From: an uncultured Clostridia bacterium
GTDB taxonomy: Bacteria > Bacillota > Clostridia > TANB77 > CAG-508
Assembly: GCA_944392635.1 (NCBI GenBank)
Contig: CALXXH010000003.1
Location: 1 to 35,774, forward strand
Direction of reading: 5' to 3'
DNA length: 35,774 bases
Below are positions 1 through 9,185 of this stretch, in pieces; the first letter of the stretch is position 1; the number at the start of each line of letters is the position of its first letter. Below the pieces are notes generated by a model. The model was not told where the DNA came from. It saw only the letters and a list, made by a program, of their open reading frames with translations, and made no database searches. The position numbers were made by a program, and so were the translations under genes.

Positions 1-1191
1 ATGGGAATAAGAGAAAGATTAAGTGGAAACGAAGCTGCTGCAACAGCTATGAGACAAATTAATCCTGATGTTGTTGCTGCATACCCTATTACTCCTTCAA
101 CTGAAATACCACAATACTTTTCAACATTTGTTGCAAATGGTAGTGTGGATTCAGATTTCGTTGCAGTTGAAAGTGAACATAGTGCAATGTCAGCTTGTAT
201 CGGTGCAGAAGCTGCAGGAGCAAGAGCAATGACTGCTACATCTGCAAATGGTTTATCACTAATGTGGGAAATGATTTATATAGCATCTAGCTTAAGACTT
301 CCAATTGTTTTATCATTAGTAAATAGAGCTGTATCAGGACCTTTAAATATCCACAATGACCATTCAGATGCAATGGGAGTTAGAGATGCTGGTTGGATTA
401 TGCTATTTTCAGAAAACAATCAAGAAGCATATGACAACACTTTAATGGCTCATAGAATTGCAGAACATAAAGATGTTAGACTTCCTTTAATGGTTTGCCA
501 AGATGGATTTATAACATCACACTCTATTGAAAATATAGAATTAGTTGAAGATGATAAAGTAAAAGAATTTGTTGGAGAATATCATCCTGAACATTATTTA
601 TTAAATAAAGAAGAACCAATAGCAGTTGGTCCATTAGATGTTCAAAGTTACTTGTTTGAACATAAAGCACAACAAGCAGAAGCAATGGAAAATGCTAAAA
701 AAGTTATATTAGAAGTTGCTGAAGATTTTGAAAAAATGACAGGTAGAAAATACGGATTTTTTGAAGAATACAAATTAGATGATGCAGAAGTTGCAATTGT
801 TTGTATGAACTCAACTGCTGGAACAACAAAATTTGTAGTTGATAATTTAAGAGAAAAAGGAATAAAAGCTGGTCTATTAAAACTAAGAGTATTTAGACCA
901 TTCCCAGTAAATGAAATTGCTAAAGCATTATCTCATTTAAAAGCAATGGCAATTTTAGATAAAGCTTCTTCATTAAATGCTGCAGGTGGTGCTTTATATG
1001 AAGATGTACTATCTGCTATGTATGTAAATAACTACCACGTACCTGCTGTAAACTATGTTTATGGTATTGGTGGTAGAGATACAAAAGCAGATGAAATCGA
1101 AGGAGTTTATAACGATTTATTAGAAATCGCAAAAACTGGAAATATAGATAATCCATATCGTTACTTTGGATTAAGAAGGGAGGCAAAATAA
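1..1191 (+). CDS. porA: pyruvate:ferredoxin oxidoreductase alpha subunit
   Basis: YPITP motif, VESEHSAMS, ATSANGL, YGIGGRD; followed by beta subunit. Confidence 0.93.
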   Translation: MGIRERLSGNEAAATAMRQINPDVVAAYPITPSTEIPQYFSTFVANGSVDSDFVAVESEHSAMSACIGAEAAGARAMTATSANGLSLMWEMIYIASSLRLPIVLSLVNRAVSGPLNIHNDHSDAMGVRDAGWIMLFSENNQEAYDNTLMAHRIAEHKDVRLPLMVCQDGFITSHSIENIELVEDDKVKEFVGEYHPEHYLLNKEEPIAVGPLDVQSYLFEHKAQQAEAMENAKKVILEVAEDFEKMTGRKYGFFEEYKLDDAEVAIVCMNSTAGTTKFVVDNLREKGIKAGLLKLRVFRPFPVNEIAKALSHLKAMAILDKASSLNAAGGALYEDVLSAMYVNNYHVPAVNYVYGIGGRDTKADEIEGVYNDLLEIAKTGNIDNPYRYFGLRREAK

Positions 1192-1192
1192 T

Positions 1193-2146
1193 ATGGCATA
1201 TAATTTAAAAGAAGTTGTAGCAAATAAACCTTCAAGATTTACAAGTGGTCATAGAATGTGTGCTGGATGTGGAGCTCCACCAGCAGCAAGAATGATAATG
1301 AGAGCATTAAAACCAGAAGACCATGCAGTTGTTGCAGGAGCTACTGGATGTATGGAAGTTTCAACATTTATCTATCCATATACTGCTTGGACAGATTCAT
1401 TTATTCACACTGCATTTGAATGTGCTGGTGCAACAATATCAGGTGTTGAAGCTGCTTATCATTCTATGAAAAAACAAGGAAAATTACCACAAGATGGTGA
1501 AACAAAATTCATCGCATTTGGTGGAGATGGTGGAACTTATGATATAGGTTTACAAAGTTTATCAGGTGCAATGGAACGTAGACATGATATAACATATGTA
1601 TGTTACGATAATGGTGCATATATGAATACTGGTATTCAACGTTCATCAGCAACACCAAAATTTGCTGATACAACAACATCACCAGCTGGAAAAGTAATAC
1701 CTGGAAAAGCTCAACCAAGAAAAGACTTAGCAAAAATCATGGTAGGACATCATATCCCATATGTTGCACAAACAATAGGATATATGAATTTTAAAGACTT
1801 ATATGAAAAAGCTGAAAAAGCAATATATACAGAAGGACCTGCATTCTTAAATGTTTTAGCGCCATGTCCTAGAGGATGGGGATACCCAACAGACATGTTA
1901 ATGCAAATAAACAAATTAGCAGTAGAAACATGTTATTGGCCATTATATGAAGTAGTAGATGGAAAATACAAAATAACATACAAACCAGCAAAAAAACTAC
2001 CAGTAGAAGAATTCTTAAAACCACAAAAAAGATTTAGACATATGTTTAAACCAGGAAATGAGTGGATGATAGAAGAATTCCAAAAACTAGTAGATGAAAG
2101 ATGGCAAGAATTATTAGACTTAGAAGAAATTACAAACAGGGATTAG
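1193..2146 (+). CDS. porB: pyruvate:ferredoxin oxidoreductase beta subunit (TPP-binding)
   Basis: CAGCG, GGDGGTYDIG...DN TPP motif, PCPRGW; stop TAG lies inside a REP repeat. Confidence 0.92.
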   Translation: MAYNLKEVVANKPSRFTSGHRMCAGCGAPPAARMIMRALKPEDHAVVAGATGCMEVSTFIYPYTAWTDSFIHTAFECAGATISGVEAAYHSMKKQGKLPQDGETKFIAFGGDGGTYDIGLQSLSGAMERRHDITYVCYDNGAYMNTGIQRSSATPKFADTTTSPAGKVIPGKAQPRKDLAKIMVGHHIPYVAQTIGYMNFKDLYEKAEKAIYTEGPAFLNVLAPCPRGWGYPTDMLMQINKLAVETCYWPLYEVVDGKYKITYKPAKKLPVEEFLKPQKRFRHMFKPGNEWMIEEFQKLVDERWQELLDLEEITNRD

Positions 2147-2191
2147 GGGACGTTCTTTTAATCCCTGCTAAGGGGAATAAGGGACAGTCTT
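2138..2191. repeat. REP-like repeat cluster, left arm of a 54-bp inverted repeat
   Basis: AGGGATTAGGGGACGTTCTTTTAATCCCTGCTA...; reverse complement of 3388-3441 (first 33 bp identical, 4 mismatches in 54). Confidence 0.9.
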
Positions 2192-2264
2192 CAATAAAAA
2201 ATGTAATATTACATATAATATTAATTTATAAAATTTATGAAAGCAAATTATGGAGGTGATAAAT

Positions 2265-2435
2265 ATGGCATATAAAATAACAGATAAATGTATATCTTGT
2301 GGAGCTTGTGCAGCTGAATGTCCAGTAGGATGTATTTCACAAGGTGATGATAAATTTGTAATTGACCAATCAGCTTGTATATCATGTGGTACATGTGCTG
2401 GGGTTTGTCCAGTTGAAGCACCAGAAGAAGAATAG
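2265..2435 (+). CDS. 2[4Fe-4S] clostridial-type ferredoxin
   Basis: two CxxCxxCxxxCP motifs; ATG at 2265 after GGAGGTG RBS. Confidence 0.93.
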   Translation: MAYKITDKCISCGACAAECPVGCISQGDDKFVIDQSACISCGTCAGVCPVEAPEEE

Positions 2436-2441
2436 AATAAT

Positions 2442-2490
2442 TAGGGGATGCTTCATAAATCCCTTTTAAAGGGATTTATGAGCTTCCTCT
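2442..2490. terminator. hairpin after ferredoxin; degenerate REP doublet and probable terminator
   Basis: CATAAATCCCTTTTAAAGGGATTTATG palindrome preceded by TAGGGGATGCTT, which resembles the REP core. Confidence 0.55.
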
Positions 2491-2612
2491 TTATGATTTT
2501 TTAAATTTTATCTTATTTTCTTTAATTTTATTTATATATTTATTAAATATTGTATTCAAAATTTTATATCAAATTATTATCATATACCAATTAAATAATG
2601 AAAGGAGGAAAT

Positions 2613-3389
2613 ATGCCTCGTATTGCAAGAAAAGAAATAAATTCATCATATCTTCATGTAATGATTCAAGGAATTGAAAAAAGAAATATATTTAATACTG
2701 AAAAAAACAAAAAATATTATAAAAAATTATTATTTGAAAATGTAAAAGATTTTGATGATATATTCATATTGGCATATTGCATTATGGATAATCATATACA
2801 TTTATTAATTTATTGTAAAGATATTAATCATTTATCAAAATTAATGAGCCAAACTAATACATCTTATGCATTATGATATAACAAATACGAAAATAGAGTA
2901 GGTTATGTATTTAGGAATAGATATCACATTCAAATCATCGAAAATCAACAACACCTTTTTAATTGTCTAGTTTATATTCATAATAATCCAGTAAAAGCTA
3001 ATATTGTTCAATCTATGGAAGAATATCAATTTTCATCTTATAATATGTATAAAAATTTCAAAGTTAAGTCGGAAGTTATAAAACTTATATTTGATGATAC
3101 CAATTATATAAATGAATTTAATGCTATTCACAAAAATCTAGAAATTGTAAAAATAGATAATATTATAGACATTGTCGAACCAAAAACTTCTTCAATTGAC
3201 TTAGATAAGATTATTACAGAATTTTGCACAAATAATCATCTAACAATTGATTTAATAAGACGCAATAACTGTTTCTTAATAAATTTAGTAAATGAAATAA
3301 AGATGAATACAAATTTTAATAATAAAGAAATATCTGAATACTTAAAAATAGGAAAAAATAGAATACGTAATATACTAAAAAAAGACTAA
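2613..3389 (+). pseudogene. REP-associated tyrosine transposase (RAYT, IS200-like Y1 HUH) with a single in-frame TGA at 2874-2876
   Basis: MPRIAR start after GGAGG, HVMIQG, MDNHIHLL (HUH), SYAL*YNKYENRVGYVFRNRY, YIHNNP catalytic Tyr, YQFSSY, C-terminal HTH-like tail; ORFs 2598-2876 and 3015-3389 share one frame. Confidence 0.88.
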
Positions 3390-3441
3390 GAGTGTCCCTT
3401 AATCCCAGTAGCAGGGATTAAAAGAACGTCCCCTAATCCCT
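3388..3441. repeat. REP-like repeat cluster, right arm of the 54-bp inverted repeat
   Basis: inverse of 2138-2191; fills the gap between the convergent RAYT and ricT stops. Confidence 0.9.
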
Positions 3442-3442
3442 C

Positions 3443-4315
3443 TTAATCCTCTTTTTCTAATTCTTCTAACTCTGGATCTGTTATTTCTTCTGTTTCTTCT
3501 TCTACATCTTTTATTATTAATATATCTTTTGCATTATATTTTTTGTATGTTGACACTTCTCCATCTTTGAATTTTACTCTTAATTGTTCTTTTAGTGTTT
3601 CTATTGAATCTACTTCCCCTATTCCATCTTCTGTTTTTACTATTGCTCCTACTTTTGGAAGTCTTTTTGCTTTTTCTTCATATACTTCATTTTCATATTT
3701 CAAACAACACATTAATCTTCCACAGTTTCCTGATATTTTTGATGGATTTAGTGATAAATTTTGTTCTTTTGCCATTTTTATTGATACTGTTTCAAAATCA
3801 CTTAAGAATGTACAGCAACACAATTCTCTACCACATACTCCATTTCCACCAATTCTTTTTACTTCATCTCTAACACCTATTTGTCTTAACTCAATTCTTG
3901 TTTTATATATAGCTGCTAAATCTTTTACTAAATCTCTAAAGTCTATTCTTCCATCTGCTGTGAAATAGAATAATATTTTACTATTATCAAATTTATATTC
4001 AACATCTGTCAATGTCATATCTAAATTATGTTCTTTTATTTTCTTTAAACATATTTCAAATGCTTCTTTTTCTTTTTTTCTGCATTCTTCATATTGTTTA
4101 TGGTCTTTATAATTAGCTATTCTAATCACTTTTTTCAAAGGTGTTAGTATTTTTTCATCCTCTATATGTCTATTAGGTATAACTACTTCTCCATATTCAT
4201 CACCTTGAGCAGTTTCAACAATTACTTTATCTCCTTTTCTAACTCTTAGGTTTTTTGGATTAAAAAAATATATTTTTCCTAACTTTTTAAATCTTACTCC
4301 TATTATATTTTTCAA
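3443..4315 (-). CDS. ricT: PSP1-domain stage 0 sporulation protein (YaaT/RicT)
   Basis: FYFTADGRIDFRDLV, CGRELCC, KISGNCGRLMCCLKYE; follows holB as in Firmicutes. Confidence 0.9.
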   Translation of the reverse strand: MKNIIGVRFKKLGKIYFFNPKNLRVRKGDKVIVETAQGDEYGEVVIPNRHIEDEKILTPLKKVIRIANYKDHKQYEECRKKEKEAFEICLKKIKEHNLDMTLTDVEYKFDNSKILFYFTADGRIDFRDLVKDLAAIYKTRIELRQIGVRDEVKRIGGNGVCGRELCCCTFLSDFETVSIKMAKEQNLSLNPSKISGNCGRLMCCLKYENEVYEEKAKRLPKVGAIVKTEDGIGEVDSIETLKEQLRVKFKDGEVSTYKKYNAKDILIIKDVEEETEEITDPELEELEKED

Positions 4316-4339
4316 ATTAATTTACATCCTTTCTATAAT

Positions 4340-5233
4340 CTAAAAAAATTTATCACACATATTAAATATCATATTATCTATACACATATCATAATTTCCA
4401 TTTTGTTTTAATCTTTTTTTGGTATCTTCCACAATATTTATACAGTCTGCATAAATATATTGTTGTTTAGCTTTTTTTAATAATAGTATATTTATATAAT
4501 CTAAAACCTCAAATATTTCTTCTTTAAATTTATATATAGGTTTTGCATAGTTATATAAATCTATAATATCCACTTTTCCTAAATTATTTATAAATGCATA
4601 TATGCTTTCATAATCTTCTTGTTTATCTTTCAAATTTATTGCTTTTCCTATGCTTCCTTGAAACATATCAAGCATTTCTTCATTTATTTGACTTATTCCT
4701 AAATTATCTTTTAAATATCTTTTCATTTCTTCATTTGATATTTTTTCAAAATGAAGTATCATACATCTAGATTTTATCGTTGGTAAAAATAAGTTTTCAT
4801 TAGAGCCTATTAAAATAATTACGGCATATTCTGGTGGTTCCTCTAATGTTTTTAATAAACAGTTTTGTGCTTCTTTTGTCATTAAATCTGCATTGTCTAT
4901 TATATATACTTTCTTATTAGAAATTATTGGTTTTTCTTGTATAATTTTTTGCAGATTTCTTATTTGTTCTATTTTTATACTATTTCCATCTGGTTCTACA
5001 ATTAGAAAATCAGGATTATTATTTGTATCAAATTCTATACAAGATTTGCAATCACATTTATTATCTATTGTTTGATTCAAACATAAAATTTTCTTTGCAA
5101 AATCTTTTGCTATCATTTTCTTTCCAATTCCTTCAATTCCTATAAACATATAGCTATGTGATACTGTATTATTTTGTATTGATTTTTGTAATACTTGTTT
5201 ATTCTTTTCGTTTCCTAAAATTGTTTCAAACAT
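4340..5233 (-). CDS. holB: DNA polymerase III delta-prime subunit
   Basis: HSYMFIGIEGIGK, Zn-binding C-x-C-x-x-C, AQNCLLKTLEEPP, TIKSRC; start taken at MFETILG. Confidence 0.9.
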   Translation of the reverse strand: MFETILGNEKNKQVLQKSIQNNTVSHSYMFIGIEGIGKKMIAKDFAKKILCLNQTIDNKCDCKSCIEFDTNNNPDFLIVEPDGNSIKIEQIRNLQKIIQEKPIISNKKVYIIDNADLMTKEAQNCLLKTLEEPPEYAVIILIGSNENLFLPTIKSRCMILHFEKISNEEMKRYLKDNLGISQINEEMLDMFQGSIGKAINLKDKQEDYESIYAFINNLGKVDIIDLYNYAKPIYKFKEEIFEVLDYINILLLKKAKQQYIYADCINIVEDTKKRLKQNGNYDMCIDNMIFNMCDKFF

Positions 5234-5292
5234 TAATTTCTTCAATCCTTTTTTCAACTAATTAATAACTTAATTTTCGTGATATTACTTAA

Positions 5293-5925
5293 TTAATCTA
5301 CATGTCCCCATTTGCTTAAAGGCCAAATTCTAATTGCAACAGTACTTTCTATCTTTTCTAAAGGAATACAACCAAATGCTCTACAGTCTGTACTATGATT
5401 TCTATTATCTCCCATTGCAAATACACAATTTTCTGGAACTGTAAAGTCATCAAAACCTGCTCCTACAACATCAGTTACTATTCCATCTTGCAAATATGGT
5501 TCATCTAATTCTTGGTCATTTATATATACTTTTCCATCTTTAATTTGTACATGTTCTCCTGGAAGTGCAATTACTCTTTTTATATAACTTCTTTTTCCTA
5601 TTTCTAGAAAATTATTTACAAACCATCTAAATCCTGTCTTTTCATCATATTTTGCTACTGGATTACTTTCATCTATTTCAGCTTGTGTATATGTTATTTT
5701 TGCTGGTTCTTCAAATGTTATAATTTCACCTCTTTCAGGTAAAGTTTTTGTAGTTCTTCCCCATCTATTAAGCCATAATCTTTCATCTTGAACAAGTGTT
5801 GGATACATTGATACTTGCTTTACTATTGTTGGTGTTCCTATAAAATATCTAAATAACATTGCTAATACTAATGCTATTAATATACAATATACCCATTCTA
5901 ATATTTCTTTTGTTTTTTCACTCAA
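5293..5925 (-). CDS. lepB: signal peptidase I
   Basis: N-terminal TM, SMYPTL, YIKRVIALPG, MGDNRNHSTDCR. Confidence 0.93.
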   Translation of the reverse strand: MSEKTKEILEWVYCILIALVLAMLFRYFIGTPTIVKQVSMYPTLVQDERLWLNRWGRTTKTLPERGEIITFEEPAKITYTQAEIDESNPVAKYDEKTGFRWFVNNFLEIGKRSYIKRVIALPGEHVQIKDGKVYINDQELDEPYLQDGIVTDVVGAGFDDFTVPENCVFAMGDNRNHSTDCRAFGCIPLEKIESTVAIRIWPLSKWGHVD

Positions 5926-5961
5926 CTTAAATCTCTCCCTTATGCTAATTTTTACTTAATT

Positions 5962-5990
5962 ATTATACATCATTTTTAGCAACATATCAA
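5962..5990 (-). promoter_or_regulatory. sigma-A promoter for lepB-holB-ricT
   Basis: TTGATA-17 bp-TATAAT with TG just before the -10. Confidence 0.65.
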
Positions 5991-6009
5991 TGAATTTTCG
6001 AATTTTTTT

Positions 6010-6270
6010 ACAGGGATTAGAGGACGGACCTTTATATATTTATTTTTATTTAAAAGATATTATATAGTAATTTATGAAATTTCGAATGCGAATGAAATCT
6101 TGTTATAAATTCTTTAATTATCTAGTGGGAGAATCTCAAACTTGCTTTGAGAGGGGCCTACTAGATGATTTTAGAATTTATTCAAGATGTAATGTTAGCC
6201 GAGAAATAAATAAATTACTATATAATATCTTTTAAAACTGTTTTTCAATGACCGTCTCTTAACCCCTGTT
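6010..6270. repeat. composite element: inverted REP pair enclosing foldback element A (6049-6236)
   Basis: ACAGGGATTAGAGGACGGACC ... TGACCGTCTCTTAACCCCTGT; perfect 27-bp outer stem 6049-6075/6210-6236; apex GAGAATCTCAAACTTGCTTTGAGAGG. Confidence 0.85.
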
Positions 6271-7715
6271 TATTGTTTTGTTGGTATTCTTACTACTACT
6301 TCTGTACCTTGTCCAACAACACTTTTTATATCTATACTTCCACCATTTTTATCAAGAATTTCTTTTGCTATTGAAAGTCCTAATCCTGTTCCTCCCATTT
6401 CTCTTGTACGAGCTTTATCTACACGATAAAATCTTTCAAATATTCTTGATAAATCTTCTTCTGGTATTCCTATACCATTATCAAATATCTTAATATATGC
6501 ATCATTATATACAAATCCAACATATATCTTTATTTCCCCACCATCTTTTGTATATTTTATACTATTTGATAATATATTTAATACAACTCTTTCTATATCA
6601 TACTTATCAGCATATACTGGTGGTACATCTGCTGTTACAAAACAATTTACAGTGTGATTTTTCTTTTTAATTTCTATTGCCAATTTATCTTGGCATTTTT
6701 TCACTAGCTCACCTAAATCAAATGACTCTTTTTGAGTTCTTGTTTTATTATTATCATATCTAGATAAAGTTAATAAATCTGTAACCAGTTTTGCCATTCT
6801 TCTTGCTTCTGTTGCAATAACATTTAAAAATTTGTCCTGCGTTTCTTTATCATATTCTCCTTCTAACAATGTATCTGCATATCCCATAATAGAAGTTATT
6901 GGAGTTTTTAATTCATGTGATACATCTGCAACAAATTCTTTTTGCATTGTATCTAATTTTACATGTTCTGTTATATCTTGTATTACTGCAATTACTCCAT
7001 CTGGTCTATCTGTTTCATTTTTAAATGGTGCAAAAAATACATTCATATATTTATCTTCAACTTGTATTCTTTGCTCTGTTGATGTCCAGTTTTCTAAATA
7101 AATTATTTTTTCCATATTTATATCTAACTTAAATTTTTTGAATATATCATCAAATGTATTATCTTCTGGTCTTATACTTAAAAATTTCTTTGCTGCTGGA
7201 TTTATTAATATTATTTCACCTTTCATATTAAATGCAATAATTCCATCTGTCATATGTAATAATATTGTTTCAATTTGATTCTTTTGAGTTGAAACTTCAC
7301 TTAATTTATCTTTTAATTCAGTAGTCATTACACCAAAAATATTTTCTAAATCTCCCATATCATGACGTCTCTTTTTTCTAAGAGATTTTTTAGCTTTGGT
7401 TTTATCTTCATCAGTAATCTTTTCTGCACTTTTTATCAATTTATCAATTGGATATATTACATATTTTGATAATGCTATTGCTGCTATTATTCCAATAATT
7501 GCAAAAACTACTCCTGCGACTATTAATGTAATAGCTGTTCTTTGTTGTATTATTGTCAAAATTGATTCAACTTGTTCTCTTGATACTTGTCCTGCTTCTA
7601 ATTTTTCATTTAATAATTGAATAGAATTTAGAAATGATATTCCAAGTCCACTAATTATTATAATACCTATTAAAAAGAAAATTAGTATAATTTTAAATTG
7701 TAAATTTTTAAACAT
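6270..7715 (-). CDS. WalK-like sensor histidine kinase (2 TM, HAMP-like, PAS, HisKA, HATPase)
   Basis: FVADVSHELKTP H-box, NILSNSIKY, DNGIGIP, FERFYRVDKARTR, GGTGLGL. Confidence 0.9.
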   Translation of the reverse strand: MFKNLQFKIILIFFLIGIIIISGLGISFLNSIQLLNEKLEAGQVSREQVESILTIIQQRTAITLIVAGVVFAIIGIIAAIALSKYVIYPIDKLIKSAEKITDEDKTKAKKSLRKKRRHDMGDLENIFGVMTTELKDKLSEVSTQKNQIETILLHMTDGIIAFNMKGEIILINPAAKKFLSIRPEDNTFDDIFKKFKLDINMEKIIYLENWTSTEQRIQVEDKYMNVFFAPFKNETDRPDGVIAVIQDITEHVKLDTMQKEFVADVSHELKTPITSIMGYADTLLEGEYDKETQDKFLNVIATEARRMAKLVTDLLTLSRYDNNKTRTQKESFDLGELVKKCQDKLAIEIKKKNHTVNCFVTADVPPVYADKYDIERVVLNILSNSIKYTKDGGEIKIYVGFVYNDAYIKIFDNGIGIPEEDLSRIFERFYRVDKARTREMGGTGLGLSIAKEILDKNGGSIDIKSVVGQGTEVVVRIPTKQ

Positions 7716-7716
7716 C

Positions 7717-8832
7717 TTATCTCACCAATCTTTTTATTTCATTATATATTTTTTCTTCGACATCTGATACAGAAACTTTTAATGCATTTTTCTCCATATC
7801 TGCCATTTTACCTTTATCTAGCACTATATTTTCTATTGCAGAATTTAATTTTTGTCCTGTTAAGTCATCATTTAAAATAATGGTTGCTGCACCAATTTTT
7901 TCTAATACTTTAGCATTATATAACTGATGATTATGACTAACATTTGGAAGTGGTATTAAAATAGAAGGTTTTCCTAAATTTGCAATTTCAGTAACAGTCA
8001 TAGCTCCAGCTCTTGCAACTATTAAATCTGCTACATTCATCATTTCTTCCATATTATATATATATGGCATTATTTTCATACCATCTATCATATTAATATT
8101 TTTCTTTATTTTCTCTAATTCTTCTTTTATAATATCATATTGTTTTGGTCCTGTTGCCCATATAACTTGATATTTCTTATTTAATCCATTTTGTATTATT
8201 TCTATAATAGAATCATTAATTTTTTTAGCACCTTGACTACCACCAAATATTAAAACAGAAGGCTTATCTATTTTTAATTTTATTTCCTCTAATTTATTTT
8301 TCTTTTGCTCTATAGTATAATTTTGTTTTTTAATTTTTACTGGTGTTCCTGTATATACAATATTTTTAGCATTTTTTATTCTTGAAATTGCATCTTCAAA
8401 TGATACCAATATTGTATCAGTACTTTTAGCAAGCATTTTAACAGCTTTTCCTGGAAATGCATTACTTTCATGTAAAAGAGTAGGTATGCCTAATTTATGT
8501 GCTGCCATAATTGTTGCTCCACAAATATACCCACCTGTACCTATAACTACATCTGGTTTAAATTCTTTTATTATTTTCTTAGCTTCTCCAAAACCTTTTA
8601 AAGTTTTATACATTTTTTTTAAATTATCAATTGAAATCTTTTTACTTAATCCATATGCATCTATAGTTTTTAGTTTATATCCTGCTCTAGGAACCAAATC
8701 ATTTTCTAAACCTCTAGTAGTTCCTATAAATATAATTTTAGAATCTTTTTCTTTCTTTTTTATTTCATTTGCAATTGCAAGACCTGGATTAATATGACCT
8801 GCTGTTCCTGCTGCTGCAATAATTGCTCTCAT
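7717..8832 (-). CDS. murG: lipid II-forming N-acetylglucosaminyltransferase
   Basis: AGTAGHINP, GTGGY, HESN, GGSQGA, HQLYNA. Confidence 0.95.
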   Translation of the reverse strand: MRAIIAAAGTAGHINPGLAIANEIKKKEKDSKIIFIGTTRGLENDLVPRAGYKLKTIDAYGLSKKISIDNLKKMYKTLKGFGEAKKIIKEFKPDVVIGTGGYICGATIMAAHKLGIPTLLHESNAFPGKAVKMLAKSTDTILVSFEDAISRIKNAKNIVYTGTPVKIKKQNYTIEQKKNKLEEIKLKIDKPSVLIFGGSQGAKKINDSIIEIIQNGLNKKYQVIWATGPKQYDIIKEELEKIKKNINMIDGMKIMPYIYNMEEMMNVADLIVARAGAMTVTEIANLGKPSILIPLPNVSHNHQLYNAKVLEKIGAATIILNDDLTGQKLNSAIENIVLDKGKMADMEKNALKVSVSDVEEKIYNEIKRLVR

Positions 8833-8847
8833 TTTTCTACCTCCAAA

Positions 8848-9185
8848 CTGGGATTTTATGGACGGTCCTTAATTCCCTAATTTTAGGGAACTGGGGACGG
8901 ACCTTTACAAATTTTATAGATATTTTAACAATTAACTTAATAATTTATGAGTTTTGAATGTGAATGAAGTTATAGTAGAAATTCTTTACTTGTAAAATAG
9001 GAGAATCTCAAACTTGCTTTGAGAGGTGCCTATTTTACAAGTTTAGAATTTATCTTTAACGCAATGTTAGCCGAAAAACGACATAAATTATTAAGTTAAT
9101 TGTTGTTTATTATTATAGAAAGTTTAAGGTCCGTCCCCAAATCACTACTAACAGGGATTTTAAGCTCCGTCCCTTAATCCCTGCT
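8848..9185. repeat. composite element: REP clusters enclosing foldback element B (8927-9104)
   Basis: GGGGACGGACCTT at 8893 mirrored by AAGGTCCGTCCCC at 9126; perfect 23-bp outer stem 8927-8949/9082-9104; same apex as element A. Confidence 0.85.

Noticed and set aside
2874-2876. Genome-wide UGA=Trp (code 4)
   Set aside because: All other long genes use TGG for Trp with no internal TGA despite extreme AT richness, and murE and rdgB end at TGA at expected lengths.
6049-6236. Classical MITE with terminal inverted repeats and target duplication
   Set aside because: Terminal stems differ between copies while the interior is conserved; no consistent target-site duplication seen.
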